A stretch of DNA of 64,000 bases from Candidatus Nealsonbacteria bacterium (GCA_026396115.1 JAPLXL010000002.1:69142-133141), one strand, 5' to 3'; shown: positions 27,096-37,394, counted from the first letter of the stretch. Numbers and translations: made by a program. Notes: a model not told the origin generated them from the sequence alone.

Positions 27096-28127
27096 CTAAG
27101 TTTGCCTCTTTAGTTCTTCAATCTCTTCTTTTAATTTTTTTATCTCTCGGTTCAATTCCGCCACTCTTAAATCCCTTCCCATATTTATTTGTTGGTATTC
27201 TTCAAGTTCTTCTAATCTTTCTAAGAGCTCTTTCGTTCTTTCTTTGACTCTTTCATCTAATGTCTGGTTTAATTCCGCCAGTTCTCTAGTTCGAGCTTTT
27301 ACTTTTACCTCCAAGACATTTCTTGCTTCTTCTACTTGTTGCCCCGATTCCTTCAATCTTTCTATCATCAGATTAAATTCCTCTGCCAATGACTCAATTT
27401 CATCTCCGGTTTTTATTTTAATTTTTTCTCCTAACTCACCTTCGGAGATTTTTTTAACTCCTTTCTGGAATTCTTTGATTGGAGATACAACTACTTTATT
27501 TACACCTCTTCCCATTAAATAGATGGTCAGTATTAAAGCACCGATACTAAAAATTATTATTTGAATTCTTATTTTTCTTATATCATTCTCCACTCTCTCG
27601 TAAGAGATAAAATATCTCACATTGTATGAATATTTTCCCCAATCATCGGAATAGGGATAGAGAATCTCGGATATCAGCTCTTTTTTCTGGGGATGGGGAA
27701 CAAAATATTCTTGGGATGACTGTAAGTTTTTCTTTAGGGTCTCTGGTATTTGCTCTTCTTCCGGCTCATATTTCTGCCAGACGTCAGCTTTTTTTAGGGA
27801 CTCTGTGTCTGCTAAAATATTTCCTTCGGTATCTACAATTTGAATCCTTGAAATGTCCGAATTAAGCTCCAGTGTTTTTAACGTCAACTCTCTGAATTTA
27901 AGATAGCCGGAATCAAAGTATAGTTCGTAGCTTTCTATAATGGGCCCGACAGAAAGCTGAGAAAAACTCTTGGCCTGGGATATTAATCTTTCAGTAAGGG
28001 ATTTTTTGTTGTTGTCGATCAAAATAGAAGCTGTTCCAATAAAAATAACAATTAGAAAAAATCCAATTAAAATATTCAATTTCGTCTCAATGCTGCCTGA
28101 AATTTTCTTTTTTAAAATACTTTTCAT
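27096..28127 (-). CDS. Membrane sensor: TM, extracellular domain, TM, HAMP, coiled coil; no kinase domain
   Basis: SPIKEFQKGVKKISEGELGEKIKIKTGDEIESLAEEFNLM (HAMP); VKERTKEL signalling helix. Confidence 0.85.
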   Translation of the reverse strand: MKSILKKKISGSIETKLNILIGFFLIVIFIGTASILIDNNKKSLTERLISQAKSFSQLSVGPIIESYELYFDSGYLKFRELTLKTLELNSDISRIQIVDTEGNILADTESLKKADVWQKYEPEEEQIPETLKKNLQSSQEYFVPHPQKKELISEILYPYSDDWGKYSYNVRYFISYERVENDIRKIRIQIIIFSIGALILTIYLMGRGVNKVVVSPIKEFQKGVKKISEGELGEKIKIKTGDEIESLAEEFNLMIERLKESGQQVEEARNVLEVKVKARTRELAELNQTLDERVKERTKELLERLEELEEYQQINMGRDLRVAELNREIKKLKEEIEELKRQT

Positions 28128-28244
28128 TTTTTTGACTAAATTTCAAAAACAGCAACTCTTCCCGGAGAAAAAGAATTCTTTTTTCCTCCGAGAAAGTGCC
28201 TGAATCGTTCAGGACAATCTAATGTTTTTTCTTTACAATTTCTT

Positions 28245-29918
28245 TTACAATCCGAAGATTACCGCCCAGGTGCTTTTTTTCTCTTCTATAGCCTGATATT
28301 CAATTTCCTTTTTGGCTATCTCGTAAGCTCTGATGTCATCATCCGGTCTTGGGTCAAATAAGATGTTCGGATTTACGGCATAACCCCACTCAGAAGTAAA
28401 CAAAGGAATAGCCGCTACGTCTTCGTGAACCATTTTTAGCGCCTGCTGCATGTAAACTAATCTTTCTTTTGGGTTCATCGTTACGTTGGCTTTGTCAATA
28501 AGTTCGTCTAATTCCGGGTTGCTGTATCGGCCGACATTATACATTCCAAGAGTTCGCATAGTATAGTCATCAGCGTCAGGAGTATGGAAAAAGTCAACTA
28601 ATACCTGAATAGCGTCTCCAATATCGGTGTTAATCCAAAAGGTATATAAAGATGTATCCCCATTGCTCCATTTATCATAATCTTCATAGTCAGGTTCGTC
28701 TTCTGTTCCGCCTCTGAATATCGCATTTACTTTTAACCCTGTTTTTTCCAGTGATTTGGCAATCGATTCAATAATATTCATATCGTAAACAGTGGCGTCA
28801 ATGTCTACCTCAAATCCGTTTGGGTAACCAGCTTCTTGGAGTAATTTTTTAGACGCTTCAGGGTCATAAGGATATCTTTTTATTTCTGGATTATAGCCAA
28901 AAATATCCTTAGTTACTACTTCATCTTGAACTTCGGCCAGTCCTCCATAAACCTCCTCCATAACCTGATTAACGTCTATACCTTGATAAATAGCTTTTCT
29001 TACCCTGATATCCTTTAAAGGATTGGTGTTGAGACCGTGAACGTAAGGTGATATCTCGTTGGCAACGTCAAACCCGATGAAGAAGATATAGATCTCTGGG
29101 TTTGTAACTATGTCAACTTTTCCATTTTCTTTCCCTTTGTCTATGGATTCTCCACCTGATACAGATATAAAAGCAATATCTGCTTCTCCGTCTTCTACTG
29201 CTTTTAATCTTTCTTCATCGGTATCAAAATGCTTCCAAGTAACCTTCTTTACTTTAGCCACATCTCCCCAGTAGTTTTCATTGCTGACCAAAATCGCATA
29301 TAAATCGTTTTCATCCCACTCTTCCAATTCATATGGTCCCGTACCGATACTGACTATTGTTCCATCTTCTTTAAGGTAATTCTCATTGAATATCCAGACA
29401 AAAGATAACTTGTTGGCTAAAAGGGGGTCTGGTCCTTTGGTTTTTATTTCTATGGTGTAATCATCTATAACCTTTACGCTGTCTAAGGTTGATAGAAAAC
29501 TTTGGCCATAAAAACTCTTTTTAATGGTTTCATCTATGGTGAATTTGACGTCATTAGCAGTAAACTTGCTGCCGTCGTGGAAAGTAACCCCTTCTCTCAG
29601 ATGAAACCGCCAGGTGAGTTCATCCGGGTTATCCCAACTTTTAGCTAACTTCGGCTCCAATTTGAAGTTTTTATCAAGATTAGTTAATCCTTCAAAGACC
29701 TGAGTATTGATAGATCTGGTGGGTATGTTTATATCGTCTGCAGGATATCGTTGGGTATAACGAATGGCGAGGGCAGCAACAGTAATTTCATCAATATCAG
29801 CTGCCTTAACAATCGGTTCATAAGTGATAATTGGTTCGTAAGTAATAACCCTTATCGCAGAAAAAACTCCAAAAGCTATTAAGATGAAAATAAGGAACAA
29901 CCAAATTTTCTTTTTCAT
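28245..29918 (-). CDS. Family 5 (peptide/nickel) solute-binding protein, paralog 2
   Basis: LAKSWDNPDELTWRFHLREGVTFHDGSKFTANDVKFT; GTGPY. Confidence 0.92.
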   Translation of the reverse strand: MKKKIWLFLIFILIAFGVFSAIRVITYEPIITYEPIVKAADIDEITVAALAIRYTQRYPADDINIPTRSINTQVFEGLTNLDKNFKLEPKLAKSWDNPDELTWRFHLREGVTFHDGSKFTANDVKFTIDETIKKSFYGQSFLSTLDSVKVIDDYTIEIKTKGPDPLLANKLSFVWIFNENYLKEDGTIVSIGTGPYELEEWDENDLYAILVSNENYWGDVAKVKKVTWKHFDTDEERLKAVEDGEADIAFISVSGGESIDKGKENGKVDIVTNPEIYIFFIGFDVANEISPYVHGLNTNPLKDIRVRKAIYQGIDVNQVMEEVYGGLAEVQDEVVTKDIFGYNPEIKRYPYDPEASKKLLQEAGYPNGFEVDIDATVYDMNIIESIAKSLEKTGLKVNAIFRGGTEDEPDYEDYDKWSNGDTSLYTFWINTDIGDAIQVLVDFFHTPDADDYTMRTLGMYNVGRYSNPELDELIDKANVTMNPKERLVYMQQALKMVHEDVAAIPLFTSEWGYAVNPNILFDPRPDDDIRAYEIAKKEIEYQAIEEKKSTWAVIFGL

Positions 29919-29966
29919 TTTATTTATTAGTATTTATTAATTTTTTTCGACCTTTTTTGTTTTTCT

Positions 29967-31640
29967 TTACAATCCGAAAATTATCGCCCAGGTGCTTTTT
30001 TTCTCTTCTATAGCTTGATATTCAATTTCCTTTTTGGCTATTTCGTAAGCCCTGATATCATCATCCGGTCTTGGCTCAAATAAAATGTTCGGATTTACGG
30101 CATAACCAAAGTCAGAAGCAAACAAAGGAATGGCTGCTACGTCTTCGTGAACCATTCTTAGCGCCTGCTGAATATAAACTAATCTTTCTCCGGGGTTCAT
30201 CGTTACGTTAGCTTTATCAATAAGTTTGTCTAATTCCGGGTTACTGTATCGACCGATATTATACATACCAAAAGTTCTCATAGTATAATCATCAGCGTCA
30301 GGAGTATGGAAAAAGTCAACTAATACTTGAATGGCGTCTCCAAGAAAACTGCCAGTCCAAGTGGTACATAAAGATGTATCTCCATTGCTCCATTTATCAT
30401 AGTCTTCATAGTCAGGTTCGTCTTCTGTCCCGCCTCTGAATATCGTATTTACTTTTAGCCCTGTTTTTTCCAGTGATTTGGCAATCGATTCAATAATATT
30501 CATCTCGTAAATATTGGCGTCAATGTCTACCTCAAATCCGTCCGGATAACCAGCTTCTTGGAGTAATTTTTTAGACGCTTCAGGGTCATAGGGATATCTT
30601 TTTATTTCTGGATTATAGCCAAACATATCCCTAGTTACTACTTCATCTTGAACCTTGGCCAGTCCTCCATAAACCTCCTCTATAACCTGATTAACGTCTA
30701 TACCTTGATAAATGGCTTTTCTTACCCTGATATCCTTAAAAGGATTAGTGTTGAGACCGTGAACGTAAGGCGATATCTCGTTGGCAACGTCAAATCCTAC
30801 GAAGAAGATATAGATCTCGGAGTTTGTAAGTATGTTAACTTTTCCATTTTCCCTCCCTTTGTCTATGGATTCTCCACCTGCTGCAGATATAAAAGCAATA
30901 TCTGCTTCTCCGTCTTCTACTGCCTTTAATCTTTCTTCGTCGGTATCAAAACTCTTCCAGATAACTTTCTTTACTTTAGCCACATCTCCCCAGTAGTTTT
31001 CATTGCTGACCAAAATCGCATATAAATCGTTTTCATCCCACTCTTCCAATTCATATGGTCCCGTACCGATACTGACTATTGTTCCATCTTCTTTAAGATA
31101 ATTCTTGTTGAATATCCAGACAAAAGCTAATTTATTAGCTAAAATAGGGTCTGGCTCTTTGGTTTTTATTTCTATAGTGTAATCATCTATAACCTTTACG
31201 CTGTCTAAGGTTGGTAGAAAACTTTGGCCATAGAAGCCCTTTTTAATGGTTTCATCTATGGTGAATTTGACATCGTTAGCAGTAAACTTACTGCCGTCGT
31301 GAAAAGTAACCCCTTCCCTCAGATAAAACCGCCAGGTGAGTTCATCCGGATTATCCCAGCTTTTAGCCAAGCTCGGCCCCAATTTGAAGTTTTTATCAAG
31401 AACAGTTAATCCTTCAAAGACCTGAGTATTGATAGATTTGGTAGTTATATTTATATCGTCTGCAGGATATCGTTGGGTATAACGAATGGCGAGGGCAGCA
31501 ACAGTAATTTCATCAATATCAGCCGCCTTAACAACCGGTTCATAGGTGATAATCGGTTCGTAAGTAATAATCCTTACGGCAGAAAAAACTCCAAAAGCTA
31601 TTAAGATGAAAATAAGTAACAACCAAATTTTCTTTCTCAT
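29967..31640 (-). CDS. Family 5 solute-binding protein, paralog 1
   Basis: Same motifs and same length (557 aa) as the adjacent copy. Confidence 0.92.
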   Translation of the reverse strand: MRKKIWLLLIFILIAFGVFSAVRIITYEPIITYEPVVKAADIDEITVAALAIRYTQRYPADDINITTKSINTQVFEGLTVLDKNFKLGPSLAKSWDNPDELTWRFYLREGVTFHDGSKFTANDVKFTIDETIKKGFYGQSFLPTLDSVKVIDDYTIEIKTKEPDPILANKLAFVWIFNKNYLKEDGTIVSIGTGPYELEEWDENDLYAILVSNENYWGDVAKVKKVIWKSFDTDEERLKAVEDGEADIAFISAAGGESIDKGRENGKVNILTNSEIYIFFVGFDVANEISPYVHGLNTNPFKDIRVRKAIYQGIDVNQVIEEVYGGLAKVQDEVVTRDMFGYNPEIKRYPYDPEASKKLLQEAGYPDGFEVDIDANIYEMNIIESIAKSLEKTGLKVNTIFRGGTEDEPDYEDYDKWSNGDTSLCTTWTGSFLGDAIQVLVDFFHTPDADDYTMRTFGMYNIGRYSNPELDKLIDKANVTMNPGERLVYIQQALRMVHEDVAAIPLFASDFGYAVNPNILFEPRPDDDIRAYEIAKKEIEYQAIEEKKSTWAIIFGL

Positions 31641-31754
31641 TTTTTTATTGAAATTTATTTTTTTTCGACCTTTAACTTTGCTTCTTTTATTTTATCATAA
31701 GTTTTACATTCCAGCCAGTTTTCCCCATGTTGGATTTTGTGGTATAATTTTAAT

Positions 31755-32069
31755 ATGTTTACATTCTTTCTTGCCGGTTTTTTAGGCGGCGCAATAAGAG
31801 GCGTAATCGGCATTATAAAATACGCCCTTTCTTACAAGGGTGTTAAAATGCAGTGGCTCTATTTTGGAACAGTTACAACTGTTTCTGGTTTAATCGGATT
31901 GACTTCTGCCTGGATAGTTCAGGGATTAGGAGTTGGTTTTGAGGAGATTGGGGCTTTATCTCCGGCCATCGCCCTTATTGTTGGCTACGCCGGAGGCGAT
32001 TTCCTGGAAAACATTTTCAAGGTTTTAATGAAGAAACCAATCCTTTTTGAGCAGGAGAAGGAGAGTTAA
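31755..32069 (+). CDS. Small membrane protein
   Basis: Three hydrophobic helices, GFLGGAIRG and GYAGGDFLE; ATG at 31755 after TGGTATAAT. Confidence 0.7.
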   Translation: MFTFFLAGFLGGAIRGVIGIIKYALSYKGVKMQWLYFGTVTTVSGLIGLTSAWIVQGLGVGFEEIGALSPAIALIVGYAGGDFLENIFKVLMKKPILFEQEKES

Positions 32070-32091
32070 TTCACTGACTATTTTAAAAACT

Positions 32092-33012
32092 ATGAAGATT
32101 TTAGTTAGCGGCGGAGCCGGATTTATCGGTTCCAACCTTGTAGATAAATTAATCAAAGATGGCCACCAAGTGGTTGTTATTGATAATCTATTTACCGGCA
32201 AAAAGGAAAACTTAAACCCTAAAGCCAAATTTTACAAAATTGATATTCAAAGCCCAAAAATCTCTCAAATTTTCAAAAAAGAAAAACCGGAAATTGTTTT
32301 TCATTTTGCCGCCCAAGTTGACGTCAGAAAATCAGTTGAAAACCCAATCGAAAGCGCTAAAGTTAATATTTTAGGAAGTTTGAATATTTTAGAAAATTGC
32401 AAAAAATTCAAAATCAAAAAAATAATTTTTTCCTCAACCGGCGGAGCAATATATGGCGAAGCCAAAATCATTCCCACTCCGGAAGATTATCCAGCTAACC
32501 CTCTTTCACCCTACGGCATTGAAAAATTAACAATTGAAAAATATTTAGATTATTACTGGAAAATTTTTAAAATCCCTTATATTTCTTTGAGATTAGCCAA
32601 TGTTTACGGGCCCCGCCAAAATTCAAAAGGCGAGGCAGGGGTAATAGCTATATTTTGCGATAAAATGCTTTGCGGGAAACAACCAATCATCTATGGTTTA
32701 GGTTGCCAAACCAGAGACTTTGTTTTTGTTGACGATGTAGCGGAAGCTAATATTTTGACAATGAAAAGCAAAAGAGTAGGGATTTTCAATATTGGCACAG
32801 GAAAAGAGACAGACATTGACACCATTTTTGAAAAAATCAAGAAACTGATAGGCGTAAAGTGTAAAAAAATTCACGCTTCGGCCCAACTCGGCGAACAAAA
32901 AAGAAGTTGTTTAGATTACACCAAAGCCAAGAAAGAACTCGGCTGGCAACCAAAATACAGTTTAGAAAATGGATTAAGAGAAACTATAAATTATTTTAAA
33001 AATGGAAATTAG
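32092..33012 (+). CDS. NAD-dependent epimerase (UDP-glucose 4-epimerase-like)
   Basis: GGAGFIGS, SSTGGAIYG, YGIEK. Confidence 0.9.
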   Translation: MKILVSGGAGFIGSNLVDKLIKDGHQVVVIDNLFTGKKENLNPKAKFYKIDIQSPKISQIFKKEKPEIVFHFAAQVDVRKSVENPIESAKVNILGSLNILENCKKFKIKKIIFSSTGGAIYGEAKIIPTPEDYPANPLSPYGIEKLTIEKYLDYYWKIFKIPYISLRLANVYGPRQNSKGEAGVIAIFCDKMLCGKQPIIYGLGCQTRDFVFVDDVAEANILTMKSKRVGIFNIGTGKETDIDTIFEKIKKLIGVKCKKIHASAQLGEQKRSCLDYTKAKKELGWQPKYSLENGLRETINYFKNGN

Positions 33013-34501
33013 AAACATAATCAGAAGCATTTATTTAAACCCGAGAAATTTTTTTCTTGAAAATTTAGGGGTAAGACAAACCATTTTTAAAAACACTTTT
33101 TGGTTGGCAGTAGCAGAGGGCATAGGCAGGTTTTTAAAATTAATTTTAATTATTTATGTTGCCCGAATTTTAGGGGCTACGGAATACGGAAAATTCACTT
33201 TTGCTTTGGCTTTTGTTGGTTTGTTCGCTATTTTTTCCGACCTTGGCATTTCCTCAATTTGCACCCGTGAAATTGCTCGGGAAAAGGAAAAAGAAAAAGA
33301 ATTCCCGGCTGTTCTTTCCTTAAAACTTCTTCTAAGCATAGGAACCTTGATTTTAATTTGTTTGGGTTCTTTTTTTATTACTCTTGACCCAATAATCCGG
33401 GGAATGATCTGGATTTTGGGAATTTATATTATAGTAAGTAGTTTTTCGCAGGTTATCTATGCTTTCTTTCAAGCCCGCCAGAAAATGGAATATGAAGCCT
33501 GGGCTAAAATTTTACAGGCGGCGGCTGTGACCGGAGCCGGGTTTTTTGTCCTTTTTAATTTTCCTTCGGTCCAAAATTTAAGCTTGAGTTATTTATTTGC
33601 CAGCTTAATTGCTTTGCTTTTTATTTTATTCTTTTTTCATTTTAAGGTTTATCGACTGAAAATATACTTCAACAGCATTATTTGGCGAAATATTTTGGCA
33701 ATGTCTTGGCCTTTGGCTTTATCGGGCATGATGGGTTCAATTTGCGCTGATACTGATTCAATAATGATGGGCTATTGGGGCCAGATTATCCAAACCGGCT
33801 GGTATAATGCCGCTCAAAGAATTATGGTAGTTGCTTTAATTCCCACCGGCCTGATTGGGGCAAGTTTTTTTCCGGTCTTGAGCAAGTTTTTCGGCCAATC
33901 AAAAGAAAAACTTCAGAAAGGCTGGAATTATTTTATGGAGGTGATGATTTTTATTGCCGTTCCTTTAGTCATCGGCGGTATTGTTTTGGCCTCCAAAATT
34001 ATTGATTTTGTTTACGACCCGACCTTTTTTCCTTCCATTTTGGTATTTCAAATTTTAATAGTAACCGGCGGAATTGCTATTATAACCGGTCCGTTCATTC
34101 ATGCCTTAATTGTTTCAAATCAGCAGAAAAAAACCTTTTGGATTGTTCTTTTTGGGGCACTTACCAATGTAATTTTGAATTTTATTCTGATTCCTGAATA
34201 TTCTCTTTATGGCGCAGCTTTTACCACTTTAGTAGCCAGTTTTTTAATGCTCTTTTTAAGTTTTAAATCTACTTTGAAATTTACAGAGATTAAGCCCATA
34301 AATTTAAAATTGGTTTTGACTTTTTTTGCAGTTGCTCTTTCTACCATCCCAATGTGTTTTGTGATTACCCGGCCTCAAATTTATAATCTTTATATTATTT
34401 GGATAATTTTAATCGGAGCAGTAATATATACTATTTCCCTTGTTATTTTAAAAGGATTAATAAGTTATTTCTCTTTATTCTCTAAAATTTCGAGAAGATA
34501 A
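33002..34501 (+). CDS. wzx: Wzx-type oligosaccharide flippase
   Basis: ARILGATEYGKF, DLGIS, GWYNAA; many TM helices. Confidence 0.88.
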   Translation: MEIRNIIRSIYLNPRNFFLENLGVRQTIFKNTFWLAVAEGIGRFLKLILIIYVARILGATEYGKFTFALAFVGLFAIFSDLGISSICTREIAREKEKEKEFPAVLSLKLLLSIGTLILICLGSFFITLDPIIRGMIWILGIYIIVSSFSQVIYAFFQARQKMEYEAWAKILQAAAVTGAGFFVLFNFPSVQNLSLSYLFASLIALLFILFFFHFKVYRLKIYFNSIIWRNILAMSWPLALSGMMGSICADTDSIMMGYWGQIIQTGWYNAAQRIMVVALIPTGLIGASFFPVLSKFFGQSKEKLQKGWNYFMEVMIFIAVPLVIGGIVLASKIIDFVYDPTFFPSILVFQILIVTGGIAIITGPFIHALIVSNQQKKTFWIVLFGALTNVILNFILIPEYSLYGAAFTTLVASFLMLFLSFKSTLKFTEIKPINLKLVLTFFAVALSTIPMCFVITRPQIYNLYIIWIILIGAVIYTISLVILKGLISYFSLFSKISRR

Positions 34502-34515
34502 AAAGAAGCTTCGGT

Positions 34516-35208
34516 ATGCAAATAGTTATTTTATGCGGAGGAAAAGCAACTCGGCTTTATCCCCTAACCAAAAAAATTCCCAAGTCAATGATAAAGATTG
34601 AGAGGAAGCCCTTTTTGGAGCATCAATTAGATTTGTTAAAAAAGAACAGAATAAAGAACATATTATTGTGTGTCGGATATAAAGGAGAACAAATCAAAGA
34701 TTATTTTGAAGATGGCAAAAAATTCGGCGTAGATATTAAATATAGCCAAGAAAAAAAGAAACTGCTTGGCACAGCCGGAGCCTTAAAGAATGCGGAAAAA
34801 TTATTGGCAGACAAATTTTTAATGATCTGGGGCGATTCTTATTTACCTTTTGATTTTCAAAAAGCAGTAAAATTTTTTAACAAATTTAACAAGCTTGGAT
34901 TGATGACGATTTATAAAAATTGCAACAGATACGAACCGAGCAATGTTGAAGTTAAAGGGAATTTAGTAAAGGTTTACAGCAAAAAAAGAAAAACCAAAAA
35001 AATGAAATACATTGATTACGGAGTGAGTATTTTCAGAAAAGAAGTTTTAAAATATATTCCCAAAAATCAGGTCTACGATATATCAGGACTAAATCAGTTA
35101 TTAATTAAAAAAAAACAACTTTTAGCTTTTCCGGTCAGAAAAAGATTTTATCAAATAGGCACTTTTTCCGGCATAGAGGAATTTCGAGAATATCTTAAAA
35201 ATAATTGA
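34516..35208 (+). CDS. Sugar-phosphate nucleotidyltransferase (HddC-like)
   Basis: ILCGGKATRL..PKSM; LGTAGAL; adjacent to heptose genes. Confidence 0.8.
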   Translation: MQIVILCGGKATRLYPLTKKIPKSMIKIERKPFLEHQLDLLKKNRIKNILLCVGYKGEQIKDYFEDGKKFGVDIKYSQEKKKLLGTAGALKNAEKLLADKFLMIWGDSYLPFDFQKAVKFFNKFNKLGLMTIYKNCNRYEPSNVEVKGNLVKVYSKKRKTKKMKYIDYGVSIFRKEVLKYIPKNQVYDISGLNQLLIKKKQLLAFPVRKRFYQIGTFSGIEEFREYLKNN

Positions 35209-35255
35209 CAAAAAGTAGATATTGATTAAGAATAAGATATATTTAGCAAAAAAAT

Positions 35256-36263
35256 ATGATTATTGTTCGGGCACCAATGAGAATATCAATTGGGGGAGGA
35301 GGTACGGATTTACCTTCTTATTACTCAAAATTCGGCGGTGAATGGACTTCAGCCGCTATTGATAAATATGTTTATATCACAGTCCATAAAAGATTTGATG
35401 ATACTATTCGGGTATGTTATTCGAAAACAGAAAACGTGAACAAACCGGAAGAAATTCAGCATCCAATAGTCAGAGAGGCCTTAAAATTATTAGGAATAGA
35501 CGGGGGAATAGAAATTTTTTCTGCCGCTGATATTCCCTCCAATACTGGATTAGGATCTTCGGGAAGTTTTACTGTTGCCTTGCTTACTGCCTTGCATACC
35601 TATTTACAAGATGTAAAAAAAGAAGATTCTCGGACCAAGACTGAAATTGCCGAACAAGCCTTTCATATTGCTATAGATTTATTAAAGGAACCTTCGGGTA
35701 AACAGGACGAATATATTGCTGCCCATGGCGGACTAACTTCATTTTCAGTTTCTCCGGAGGGAAAAGTAAAAGTTGAACCCCTTTATATAAATAAAATCTC
35801 TCCCGAAGTCATGAGCGAACTAGAACATAATCTTTTAATGTTTTATACCGGTATCAGGAGAGAATCCTCTCAGGTTTTAAGGAATCAAGCTAAAGCTACT
35901 GAACAAGGAGAAAAAGATATGATTGAAAATCTTAACCGGGTTAAGGAAATCGGGAGAGAAATCAAAGAAGCATTGGAAAAAGGTAATTTAACCAGGTTTG
36001 GAGAGTTGTTGGATATTCACTGGCAGGAGAAAATAAAAAGAAAGGGAACTTCTGATCCCAGAATTAACGGGTGGTATGAAACAGCTAAGGAAGCAGGAGC
36101 GATTGGTGGAAAACTGATGGGAGCCGGGGGAGGAGGATTTTTCTTGTTTTATTGTGAAAATCAAAAAGAAAAATTAAGAAAAGCAATGGCTTCTCAGGGT
36201 CTGAGAGAAACAGCATTTCGATTTGATCTTGAAGGCACAAAGGTCGTAGCAAATTTTATATAA
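35256..36263 (+). CDS. hddA: D-glycero-alpha-D-manno-heptose-7-phosphate kinase (GHMP family)
   Basis: RISIGGGGTD, GLGSSG, GKQDEY, GGKLMGAGGGGF. Confidence 0.85.
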   Translation: MIIVRAPMRISIGGGGTDLPSYYSKFGGEWTSAAIDKYVYITVHKRFDDTIRVCYSKTENVNKPEEIQHPIVREALKLLGIDGGIEIFSAADIPSNTGLGSSGSFTVALLTALHTYLQDVKKEDSRTKTEIAEQAFHIAIDLLKEPSGKQDEYIAAHGGLTSFSVSPEGKVKVEPLYINKISPEVMSELEHNLLMFYTGIRRESSQVLRNQAKATEQGEKDMIENLNRVKEIGREIKEALEKGNLTRFGELLDIHWQEKIKRKGTSDPRINGWYETAKEAGAIGGKLMGAGGGGFFLFYCENQKEKLRKAMASQGLRETAFRFDLEGTKVVANFI

Positions 36264-36274
36264 TATTTAAATCA

Positions 36275-36862
36275 ATGAAAATATCTGAATATATTCAAAA
36301 TTATCTTTCTGAAACAGCAGAAATTGCAAAAAATATAGATAAAGAAACGATTGAGAAAACTATAAAGACTTTATTGAAGGTAAAATCACAAAAGGGGAGA
36401 ATCTTTTTCTTAGGAGTAGGCGGAGGAGCAGGAACCGGCTCTCACGCTGCCAATGATTTTAATAAAATTGCCAAAATTTCCAGTATTTGTTTAAGTGATA
36501 ATCCAGCTTTATTGACCGCCCTGGTCAATGATGAAGGTTGGGAATCTATTTTTAAAAGACAATTAGAAATGCACCAATTGACTGCTAATGATTGTCTTTT
36601 TATTTTTTCCGTAGGCGGAGGAACAGAAACAACCTCCAAGAATTTGGTGGAAGCTATTAATTATGCCAAAGAGATCGGAGCTAAAATTATTGGTGTGGTG
36701 GGAAAAGACACCGGAGTTACTGCTCAAGAAGCTGATGCTTGTATAATTACTCCTTGCCCTGAGCCATCAAGGAGAACAGCTCATACTGAAGATTTTCAGA
36801 TGATTATGGACCATCTTCTGGCGAATCTTTTAGCCGAATTGGAAAATCAAGATGAAGAATAA
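36275..36862 (+). CDS. gmhA: Phosphoheptose isomerase (SIS domain)
   Basis: GVGGGAGTGSHAANDF, LTALVNDEGW, HTED. Confidence 0.8.
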   Translation: MKISEYIQNYLSETAEIAKNIDKETIEKTIKTLLKVKSQKGRIFFLGVGGGAGTGSHAANDFNKIAKISSICLSDNPALLTALVNDEGWESIFKRQLEMHQLTANDCLFIFSVGGGTETTSKNLVEAINYAKEIGAKIIGVVGKDTGVTAQEADACIITPCPEPSRRTAHTEDFQMIMDHLLANLLAELENQDEE

Positions 36863-37388
36863 AGCTATCTTTATAGATCGCGACGGTGTGATAAATAAGA
36901 TAATTATGCGGAATGAAAAGCCGTCTTCACCTTGGAACTTAAAAGAATTTGAGATTCTCTCTGATGTTAAAGAGTGTTTAGGAGCATTTAAAGAAATGGG
37001 ATTTCTGAATATAGTTTTTACCAGTCAGCCGGATATAAGCAGAGATAATTTAAAAATAGAAGATTTGGAAAAAATGCATAAGCTTATATCAGAAACATTG
37101 CCGGTAGATGAAATTAAATTTTGTCCCCATGATGATAAAGATAATTGTCAGTGCCGAAAGCCAAAACCGGGATTGATACTTGAAGCAGTTAAAAAATGGT
37201 CTATTGATTTAGAGAAATCTTATGTAATTGGAGATAGCTGGAAGGATATTGAGGCCGGCAAAGCGGCTGGCTGTAAAACATTTTTACTTAGGAGAGAGTA
37301 TAATAAGGATTTTCAAAAAGATTATGATTTTGAAGTCGATAATCTTAAAAAATCGGTCGAAATTATAAAAAAATTAGATAAAAAATAA
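36852..37388 (+). CDS. gmhB: Heptose-1,7-bisphosphate phosphatase (HAD)
   Basis: FIDRDGVIN, CPH..CQCRKPKPG, IGDSWKD. Confidence 0.9.
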   Translation: MKNKAIFIDRDGVINKIIMRNEKPSSPWNLKEFEILSDVKECLGAFKEMGFLNIVFTSQPDISRDNLKIEDLEKMHKLISETLPVDEIKFCPHDDKDNCQCRKPKPGLILEAVKKWSIDLEKSYVIGDSWKDIEAGKAAGCKTFLLRREYNKDFQKDYDFEVDNLKKSVEIIKKLDKK

Positions 37389-37394
37389 AAATAT

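Noticed and set aside
28149..28213. Long imperfect hairpin between the SBP and HAMP genes
   Set aside because: Single occurrence; most simply an mRNA-stabilising or attenuating stem, with no riboswitch motif recognised.
28245..31640. SBP pair as a DGR template/variable repeat
   Set aside because: No reverse transcriptase in the window; both copies are full genes and differences are spread over several patches.
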